From positions 224,001-288,000 of IMG/VR virus record IMGVR_UViG_3300045988_170943: a DNA stretch of 64,000 nucleotides. One strand, 5' to 3'. The translations under genes were made by a program, and so were the position numbers. This DNA comes from a virus. Under the pieces are notes generated by a model. It had not been told where the DNA came from. It worked only from the letters and a program-made list of their open reading frames with translations, and did not search any database. Shown here piece after piece: positions 57,901-64,000 of this stretch; position 1 is the stretch's first letter; every line of letters starts with the position of its first letter.

Positions 57901-58068
57901 TACAGTGCCGACATCAACTCCACCTACTATGCTGTCAAGAACAAGAACCTGGAGGCATTCGACAAGGCCGAGTACCATCGCATCATGGATGAGGGTAAAA
58001 CAAGACGAGCCGACGCTAAGGCAAAGAACCAGGCCCCAAGTGGCGGCGGCAGTGAGGATAAGGAATGA
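54907..58068 (+). CDS. giant polytopic membrane protein, paralog 3 of 3 (VirB6/TrbL-like candidate) with a C-terminal CxxC-X22-CxxC zinc ribbon
   Basis: The conserved block is CRMWQVLLLKPWAEGQFGTDINNLWANG...VGSAEVPLGEGKSIHNWGIYQI...DWYRIVDALAN. A TM block and charged tail follow, containing CAVCGKPLDYEQNQYGTQQFIGGRDRNGNLVCRECL. Confidence 0.55.
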   Translation: MILRHMQPQGASYMTPNGAGRAHDGAGHKRTIVATVMVMLSVLMLTFAGLSTAVNVREKQQVQAGDWTQWLMCEVLPESAKELYQFSQSKDLQFHLRSKSAITGGIDDVDGGLNWMLSGSSGTDFKKVNEEILGFSLDPESDGQSQPNQQSGSQQDQKQAGDQKSGDGKTPTGGKYVNPYDRFGVAGMKFSAYQGEWKYFVIDACKKDGEPNDPKAGLFYDSRLEPRSGWEDIGNSKDVRTQQFQANPSAPILATALNSVANGLFNITKLIVSVTIAFVGFSFSDIVHTMGLDNVIGGQSGMFKNLFNGVFMPLVVFAFLTTGGYLIYNGVYKGRYRESFNSVARSFLIFAIAIVVGMHPAQAMTLPNKAIVWFQSVVVLSLNSQIAGGDDMCATDIGQVNSKIIESQGKSEQGVLDEAAQNIRSVVSCRMWQVLLLKPWAEGQFGTDINNLWANGNKPGWAPENAQELGNSNNDMVGSAEVPLGEGKSIHNWGIYQISTQTNAHWVTSGNGTRVKPINGVAGDWYRIVDALANYDEEDAKEKPSDNAEEITYKVPKESNKVSPYWDAWVGNSVASRYTSALSSILVAALVCASMALFAGWASVYTIGLAILLGFAPLFMLLACWAGRGWEIFKGWAELTVKTGLSRIVVGILLVFNILIVNNILNMANTLSWGKMITLLMILTVIMFKGREKITEMFAAVQFGGVNMASTASRVTDRTKNIVMAPVKTSGRFATSAVGGGVGARREGGSFMRGMGAGAVQEFKNMTYRSGMLRDARTTYDTHAAAAGKKGVLVSEMNCAVCGKPLDYEQNQYGTQQFIGGRDRNGNLVCRECLEDGMGDDVQEVTFNRPTAAQRRDASKSKDAQRKKIRESYNKRFTDDTAGRTVAENTASGIHDMRNEDLNTIAGRENRAENEAKLRAAMSMVHQDVYAHKSAKDYSRDKKKDPRTITTTKLPKEIDGIVDKDALQEAWMKQDYNYVIMTYVSAWIVWYQQNTGVKYSADINSTYYAVKNKNLEAFDKAEYHRIMDEGKTRRADAKAKNQAPSGGGSEDKE

Positions 58069-58358
58069 CGCCAGCGGACGTGTGGGTTATTGAACAAGTC
58101 GCCTACCTGGACTACTTCATGGAGGCACACAGGCTGATGACTGAGGCGGGCCATGAGGCGGCGATCCTCTACCCTGAGGAGATTATAGGTCTCGTAGACT
58201 TCGACGCCATAGAACGGTTCTGGAAGATCGGCGACTACAATGAGGTCAGGTACCGTTACACCATGGGCTGGATCCAGTACATTCAGGATGTGACCGGGGT
58301 ACGCACAGAAATGACCTGGAAAGAAATACAGGATGCGGCCGCAGAAAAAATAGGTTGA
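58065..58358 (+). CDS. small hypothetical protein
   Basis: ATG overlaps the upstream stop (ATGA), with a gaggataagga RBS. Confidence 0.4.
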   Translation: MTPADVWVIEQVAYLDYFMEAHRLMTEAGHEAAILYPEEIIGLVDFDAIERFWKIGDYNEVRYRYTMGWIQYIQDVTGVRTEMTWKEIQDAAAEKIG

Positions 58359-58405
58359 CCGATATTGCCGCATGATCCCAAGGTTTTCCGTGTAAAGGGC
58401 AGGTT

Positions 58406-59413
58406 ATGGGCCTCTTCTCAGATATGCTGAACCGATTCCGCAACGCTGGTGGTAGTGAAACAACCAGCACCCAGATAAAGCAGGATGTCAGTCACTCACA
58501 GGATGAGGTGGACTATGAGGATGAGCCCACTATTAGCACCGCACACAGCGTCTTCTCCATTGACGACAACGACCAAGACAATGCGATCAACACGCTCAAC
58601 AGCCGCTACCGCGAGACCAACAGCGGCCCAGTACTGAAGGCCAGGGAAGGGAAGATTCAAGACGTCCTTGAGGTGATGCGCATCCCGGAGACGTTCGACC
58701 TGGAGCCGTTCGTTCTGCTGCCTGAGGACTTGGACGAAGTTGACTTCAGCGTCATGGTCCCTAAGGGGTACGGGTACGACCGGTCTGAGGTTGACTCACT
58801 GTTCGCCCGAGTCAAGGACACAATCTCCGAGTACCTAAGACTGCTGAAACTACGCAACGAGCATATCGCGCAACTCGCCTCCACTGTGGACAGGCTGCAA
58901 GTCGATGCCTACAATGCCCGCTACGACGCGGAAATAGCCAACGGGATCAACATAATGCCCACCCAGTCCATGGCAGATCTGGAGAACGAGGTCATGGAAC
59001 TACGCCTTCTCGTGAAGAAACTCAGCGAGGAGAATGAGCGCCTACAGTCAGGTCGGTCCGCTGAAGGCTACGAGCAGATTGTAGACGAGCGACTGAGCGA
59101 TCAGGTGTCTGTCCTGTCGCGCGAGAACGAGGATCTGAGGGATGAGAACACTGCCCTCAGAGAGAAACTGTCCACACTACAGGATGAGGCAATGAACACG
59201 GCGCACTCACCTGAAGGTGTCACCACCCTACTGCACGCGGGACTGCCTGACCTGGGTGAACCGGAAGACATGGAGATGCTTGAGTCTAACGCCACCTTCG
59301 CGCAACCAGAGGAGAGCCTGGCTGATTTCCTGGACGAGCAGAGTTACTACACGGCCAGCACCGAGGACGACGGGGAGGGCGACAGCCTCCTGGACTCCTT
59401 CTACCAGGACTAG
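58406..59413 (+). CDS. hypothetical acidic coiled-coil protein
   Basis: ATG with an aaagggcagg RBS. Heptad-like region LSEENERLQSGRS...LRDENTALREKLSTLQDE. Confidence 0.4.
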   Translation: MGLFSDMLNRFRNAGGSETTSTQIKQDVSHSQDEVDYEDEPTISTAHSVFSIDDNDQDNAINTLNSRYRETNSGPVLKAREGKIQDVLEVMRIPETFDLEPFVLLPEDLDEVDFSVMVPKGYGYDRSEVDSLFARVKDTISEYLRLLKLRNEHIAQLASTVDRLQVDAYNARYDAEIANGINIMPTQSMADLENEVMELRLLVKKLSEENERLQSGRSAEGYEQIVDERLSDQVSVLSRENEDLRDENTALREKLSTLQDEAMNTAHSPEGVTTLLHAGLPDLGEPEDMEMLESNATFAQPEESLADFLDEQSYYTASTEDDGEGDSLLDSFYQD

Positions 59414-59523
59414 CAGCACCATCACGCCCTCAGCCCATCTTGCGGCTGACCCTACCAGTTATTACTGACTCCCCCACACCCTGCATCTACACCTGTTGAC
59501 CCAGTTACCTTAGAAAGCCGCGC

Positions 59524-60063
59524 ATGTTCTCTGACGCCCTGACTGTCCTGTCATTCGAGTTCCCCGCCCTGCTGGTAGCCCTACTAGCAGCCAGGTACCT
59601 CCGCGTCGGCATGCTCAACTACGCTGGCATCGTCATCATCCTGGCGACAGTCAAGGCAGGCATGGCTTACGCCTCCGGCAACCAGGACACAGCCATGTGG
59701 GTCGGGGTAGTCGCACTGGTTTCACTAGTCCTATCCGTCATCCTCGCCGGAGCCATGGGATCAAGGATGAGTGTTGACAACCACAAGTCTCTCCTGGGTG
59801 CTATGTCACTGTTTCCGTGGTATCTGGGCCTACCTTACAGTGTCGTCTACATCATGCTGTCCATGGGGATTCTTGCTGCCGTTACCACCATAACCGCGAG
59901 ACGGGCGTTTTCATCCGTCGGCCACAGGGTCATGAAACCAGAACGTGCCCGCAAGGAAATGACCGAGGACGACTACAATAAGGTAATGACAAAAGCCAGG
60001 GTCATTTTTGCTATGCCAATAGCAGTGAGCGCTTTCGTTACAATTGGAGCACTTTCTATGTAA
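59524..60063 (+). CDS. small polytopic membrane protein (4-5 TM); a prepilin-peptidase-like role is possible
   Basis: 179 aa, predominantly hydrophobic helices, with several conserved-looking Asp residues. The assignment is speculative. Confidence 0.4.
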   Translation: MFSDALTVLSFEFPALLVALLAARYLRVGMLNYAGIVIILATVKAGMAYASGNQDTAMWVGVVALVSLVLSVILAGAMGSRMSVDNHKSLLGAMSLFPWYLGLPYSVVYIMLSMGILAAVTTITARRAFSSVGHRVMKPERARKEMTEDDYNKVMTKARVIFAMPIAVSAFVTIGALSM

Positions 60064-60086
60064 CCCAATCGTGCCAGCCACTAAAT

Positions 60087-60120
60087 AAAACCCCGTGCCA
60101 GCAGGTGCGGGGTTTTCGAT
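60087..60120 (+). terminator. rho-independent terminator
   Basis: aaaccccg / cggggttt stem followed by tttcgatatt. Confidence 0.5.
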
Positions 60121-60171
60121 ATTCAGACAGATTTCAAGCAATTCATAGGATACTGACAGCAGGGCCACGCA

Positions 60172-61239
60172 ATGAGCACCAACAAGGACACCGCATTCAC
60201 CTCCAGTAGTGAGTCAACAGACGACATGCTGGAGGCAATCAGTGTGACCGGCGACAGCACAGACGACGACAGCATCATCGCCAGCGAGAAGAAAAACGAG
60301 CGTCGCCGCCTCATCTACGTGTCCATCGGTGGAGCGGTAGCCATCGCCCTCATCATCGGCGGAATATTCCTCGTTCCCACTGTCAAAGGCGGGAAGGTTC
60401 CACCCGCCAGCACCGTCACAGCCACCACCAGCACCAAGGCTAAGGCAAGTAGCGCTATCCCGTCCGGTGCCCCAGGAGCAGACCAGAACTTCGCAAAAAC
60501 CAACCAGATCCCCTTCGAGCACGAAAACTGGCAGGCAGACGACTACAAGACCCAGACCAACAACGAAGGGAACACCCAGAAGTTCCTTGAAACCATCCGC
60601 ACCAGCATCGAGGCAGGAAAACTCGACAACGGTACCCTAGCCCTCGCATCCAGTACACTCCCCTCAGAAGCGGCCGGTTACACATCCGACCAGGACAAAG
60701 TAACACTAGAAGATGGCTCCCTCAACCCCATGTACGCCTACTGGACGAAGGAACTGTTCGAGACAGAGGTCGGCACCACCCTGGAACGCCTACTCAACCC
60801 CACATTCGGGGGCTGGGAAAACTACCAGTACCCAGAGTACCAGGCAAACACCCAGTTCGACACCTCCATCATCAGCGACATGTTCACCCCCAACTGGCTA
60901 GAAACCAACACAGGGAAACCCTACAACGAGTACGTGCCAGTCATGGCCGACTGGGGCTCAGACAACTATGGGGGCGGCTACAACCTCACCGACGTCGCAC
61001 GCTGGTACGGTCGAATCCAAACCAGCAGCATCGACTTCAACTACAACGAGGAAACCCAACAGTACACGGCCGTCTATACTGCCAACGTCAAATACACGGC
61101 GTGGACCAAGGACCAGAAAACAGTTGAGAGGACCGGGACGCTCACCCTCAACCTCGTACCAGCAGCGTCCCAACAAAACAGTAACGGATCAAGTCACAGG
61201 GTCCTGATCGAATCAGCAACCCTGAAGGTGGACAACTGA
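60172..61239 (+). CDS. membrane-anchored extracytoplasmic protein
   Basis: N-terminal TM (LIYVSIGGAVAIALIIGGIFLV) followed by a Thr/Ser-rich linker and a globular domain of about 250 aa. Confidence 0.45.
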   Translation: MSTNKDTAFTSSSESTDDMLEAISVTGDSTDDDSIIASEKKNERRRLIYVSIGGAVAIALIIGGIFLVPTVKGGKVPPASTVTATTSTKAKASSAIPSGAPGADQNFAKTNQIPFEHENWQADDYKTQTNNEGNTQKFLETIRTSIEAGKLDNGTLALASSTLPSEAAGYTSDQDKVTLEDGSLNPMYAYWTKELFETEVGTTLERLLNPTFGGWENYQYPEYQANTQFDTSIISDMFTPNWLETNTGKPYNEYVPVMADWGSDNYGGGYNLTDVARWYGRIQTSSIDFNYNEETQQYTAVYTANVKYTAWTKDQKTVERTGTLTLNLVPAASQQNSNGSSHRVLIESATLKVDN

Positions 61240-61240
61240 G

Positions 61241-63340
61241 ATGAGAAAAAGTAGACTTTTCAGCAGAACAGGCCTCATCAGCCTACTTGCTGCCGCCCTC
61301 ACCGCGCTAGGCGTCTCGTCTCCAGCGCTCGCGTTAGACAACTCCGGCGGCATCGGCGGTGGCGCGGGCGGAGGCACCGTCTCCTATGCATACTGGGCTG
61401 CCGCCACCGGCTCCAACGCCTTCCAGGTATTCCAGAGCAAAGCCGCCCAGGGCCGCGACTTCGAAAGCAAGTTGCGTGCATCCGGCGCAGACATCAACAT
61501 CTGCAAACGCTCAAACGTCATCTGGTGGGTTCACACCAACAACCAGGGCGGATTCTGGGTCAACAACTGGAACGGATACACGCACGGCCCACACAACAGC
61601 GTCTCCTACACCATCAACTCCCCATGGACATTCTCAGGCAGGCCCCCAACAGGGGCCGAGTACAACCAGTTCCGCGCATGGGACCGCAACAAGAACGGCA
61701 ACAAGGTTGACAACCGCCCAGGGTACACAGTCATCTGTGGCGGCGCGTTCCTCCAACCCGACCAGCACCGCAGCCACGTCGAGTGGGACCACAAGTCCCA
61801 AGGCGAGAAGGCCAGCGTGTCCGGCACCTATGCCTATGTCACCAGCGTCACCCCAGTCAAGGTAGAGGGGCAGTACCCCGGCGGAGGCGACTACGAGTCC
61901 CAGTCCGCTAGCGTGAAAACCAACTTCGGTAAGTGGTACGACATCCTGGGTAAGGACGTCGGGAAGATGACCGTAGCCCAAGCACAGGCGAAAGCCAACG
62001 AACTTACGCGCCAGGACCAGGGGAACGCACAGTCCGCCGTCACCCTGAGTGCGAAGAACCAGGCCGCGTTCGCCAAGGGCGGCATCCTCAACGTATCTGA
62101 GCACAAGGTGACCGCGAAGATCGACTTCCAACGGACCCGCACCGACACGATGAAGCGGACCTGCTCAGAGAAACGCACCTGGAACTCATACTGGGGCACC
62201 TGGAACCCATGGCAGCCCAACGGCTGTACCAAGTGGGAGAAGGCTGGCACCTCATGGACTCCAACAGCAGTCGCTAAGGCCACACAGACCCCACAAAACG
62301 TGGGCTTCTACCAGATGCTCAGCGTGCACTGCAACAAGGAGGCATTCGACGCCCTCATCAGCGGTACCACGGCCCAGGTCGTCAGCCAGGGAGACCCCGA
62401 GCACGGCATCTCCGCTGTCGCACAGACACAGAGGTACGACAAGCAGCCCACGCACCCTGACTTCGGTGACAAGTCCAACCCGAACGCTGCGGCGGCCGCA
62501 ACCGGCACCTATGGGTTCTACGACAAGGAGTGCCCATACGACTGCACCCCATCAGCAGACCCATCACAGGGCGCAAGCAAGGCCAACGATGCCATCAACA
62601 ACCACGGCACCTCAGGAGCAACCTCCATCGGCCTGAACGGGGCATCAGCAGACAACGGGAAGACCGAAACCAACTCCTTCGAGTTCTTCCGCGACAACAA
62701 CCCACGCGGAATCCGACTGGACACATGGTACCCGAAGAGCAATGACACCGTGAGATACAACGGACACGCAGCCCTCACAACCACAGTATCACGCTGGGTG
62801 GAAGGCACCCCGGACATCACTGGGGCTAACGGCGGCAAGTTCACACTCACCGCCAAAGGCAACAGCAACCAGAAGGTCAACGTGTTCAACGGCAAGGGCG
62901 CACAGGCCGTCACCCAACGCAACTGGTCCAAGGGCACCTTCAGCAACAGCACAGGAAGCGTCATCGACGGGTTCTACAACCAGTTCGACGCTAACGCATC
63001 CTGGGCGTCCGAAGAAGGTAAACCACAGGTCCTTAACTTCAAGTGGGAGTACGCCCCAGACGTCGTAACCCGGTTCCCCGTCACCCTCGGGTTCAACCGG
63101 GCAGGAGGAACCAGCACACCTCACACAACCGACATGGTAGACAAGGTCACCCCCATCGAGGGTAAGTGCTACGCTTCCTTCGGAACCGACCAAGCCAGGG
63201 ACACTCGCACACTGTTCCGTGACAACACCGGTACCGGCACAAAGAACACGATTGACGGCACAATCATCGACGGGACAGAGAACCCGAGTTGGGTCGCCAC
63301 GAACATAGTCATCAACTTCGTGAGGTCCACAACCGAGTGA
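61241..63340 (+). CDS. large secreted protein (signal peptide; Gly/Thr/Asn-rich; possible surface or pilus-associated protein)
   Basis: Classical signal peptide MRKSRLFSRTGLISLLAAALTALGVSSPALA. The mature protein is about 670 aa with many Cys pairs and no LPXTG motif. Confidence 0.55.
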   Translation: MRKSRLFSRTGLISLLAAALTALGVSSPALALDNSGGIGGGAGGGTVSYAYWAAATGSNAFQVFQSKAAQGRDFESKLRASGADINICKRSNVIWWVHTNNQGGFWVNNWNGYTHGPHNSVSYTINSPWTFSGRPPTGAEYNQFRAWDRNKNGNKVDNRPGYTVICGGAFLQPDQHRSHVEWDHKSQGEKASVSGTYAYVTSVTPVKVEGQYPGGGDYESQSASVKTNFGKWYDILGKDVGKMTVAQAQAKANELTRQDQGNAQSAVTLSAKNQAAFAKGGILNVSEHKVTAKIDFQRTRTDTMKRTCSEKRTWNSYWGTWNPWQPNGCTKWEKAGTSWTPTAVAKATQTPQNVGFYQMLSVHCNKEAFDALISGTTAQVVSQGDPEHGISAVAQTQRYDKQPTHPDFGDKSNPNAAAAATGTYGFYDKECPYDCTPSADPSQGASKANDAINNHGTSGATSIGLNGASADNGKTETNSFEFFRDNNPRGIRLDTWYPKSNDTVRYNGHAALTTTVSRWVEGTPDITGANGGKFTLTAKGNSNQKVNVFNGKGAQAVTQRNWSKGTFSNSTGSVIDGFYNQFDANASWASEEGKPQVLNFKWEYAPDVVTRFPVTLGFNRAGGTSTPHTTDMVDKVTPIEGKCYASFGTDQARDTRTLFRDNTGTGTKNTIDGTIIDGTENPSWVATNIVINFVRSTTE

Positions 63341-63398
63341 GGCATCAGGTTTGTTCTGACAAGGTGATATAGTACCTTAAAGGAACAAAACCGGCAGT

Positions 63399-63438
63399 GG
63401 GGCTGGAGACATTACCAGAAATGGTGGTCTCCAGCCCC
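63399..63438 (+). terminator. 12-bp stem-loop after the secreted protein gene
   Basis: ggggctggagac / gtctccagcccc with a 16-nt loop. The U-tract is weak. Confidence 0.35.
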
Positions 63439-63503
63439 TAACTTCACGCCCAGCCCTAAACCCTTCAACCCGCCCCCTGAGAGACAACCACCGTAAGCAT
63501 GCT

Positions 63504-64000
63504 ATGGGACACAAAATAGCCTCCATCATCAAGAACTCCAACATCAACATCATCAAGACCCTTGGTGCCGCACTGGCGGCAGTCACCGTCGCCCTGATCT
63601 CCTCGCATCTCGCCGGATACGTGAACAGTCTCGTCCTCGTCGGGGCCGCCTCCGTCATCACCGCTCTTGCCTCCGAGGCCTACCGGATGATCTTGTCAGC
63701 AACCACCAGGACTGTGGCCGCAACAGCCCGCAAAACAGCACAAGTCATTAAGGACCAACCACAGGACCTTGAGGACACCCAGGAGATCCCCACCGTCAGC
63801 GACAGCCAGGGGGACACAGACGCAACCCCCAATGAGACCACTGTCCTGGACACGACCAGCCCAAAAGAGGCAATCAATCCCACTCCACGGGCAAGTCAAG
63901 ACATCACGAAAGAGTCGCCTGCTAGCGAGAAAGCGGCCGCGGCCATTGTCTCCAAGATGTCAACATGGGTCACAAGAGCGAACCCCAGAACCGTGAAGAC
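63504..64000 (+). CDS. membrane protein, 3'-truncated by the window end (not in the ORF track because no stop lies in the window)
   Basis: ATG at 63504 opens a frame with no stop to position 64000. The N-terminus has hydrophobic helices (IIKTLGAALAAVTVALISSHLAGYVNSLVLVGAASVITALA). Codon usage matches the neighbours. Confidence 0.35.
   Translation, partial: MGHKIASIIKNSNINIIKTLGAALAAVTVALISSHLAGYVNSLVLVGAASVITALASEAYRMILSATTRTVAATARKTAQVIKDQPQDLEDTQEIPTVSDSQGDTDATPNETTVLDTTSPKEAINPTPRASQDITKESPASEKAAAAIVSKMSTWVTRANPRTVK

Noticed and set aside
1-64000. I searched for tRNA, rRNA, CRISPR repeats, integrase/transposase and att-like direct repeats.
   Set aside because: I saw no cloverleaf-compatible GTTCGA/T-loop contexts outside coding frames and no regularly spaced short repeats. 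No tyrosine or serine recombinase or DDE transposase motifs were recognised.

Overview
High-GC (roughly 58-60%) window in which every credible gene lies on the + strand. Short AT-richer intergenic spacers carry RBS-like purine runs, stop/start overlaps and several strong hairpin terminators. No rRNA, tRNA, CRISPR array or transposase was recognised. The content looks like a large mobile element of a high-GC Gram-positive (actinobacterial-type) host: a megaplasmid, ICE or phage-plasmid. It combines (a) a phage-like replication and nucleotide-metabolism module at 0-17 kb, with a divergent GyrB-like topoisomerase B subunit, an AEP prim-pol protein, an Hsp90/MORC-type GHKL ATPase, ThyX, a type-I signal peptidase, oligoribonuclease, NrdH and DnaG primase; (b) a Gram-positive-type DNA-transfer/secretion module at 19-36 kb, with a VirD4/TraG-like coupling ATPase, a pilin-like small membrane protein, a secreted DUF1524-type HNH nuclease, a tandem MobC/RHH protein, two TadE-like pseudopilins, PIN-PhoH (PhoH2), a lysozyme+NlpC/P60 cell-wall hydrolase and a VirB8-like candidate; (c) a regulatory/ATPase block at 39-50 kb, with two divergent sigma-70-family factors, an HU-like protein, a Rad50/SbcC-like zinc-hook ATPase, a CpaF/TadA/VirB11-family secretion ATPase and a GNAT; and (d) three paralogous giant polytopic membrane proteins of 1143, 1379 and 1053 aa, read here as VirB6/TrbL-like, followed by secreted proteins. 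The most unusual signals are these three paralogs; a hybrid T4SS/Tad gene set with no recognisable VirB4 or relaxase in 64 kb; an upstream promoter-like motif recurring before several early genes; a sharp codon-usage switch at about 3.4 kb; and an N-terminal Cys/His module shared by two otherwise unrelated proteins.
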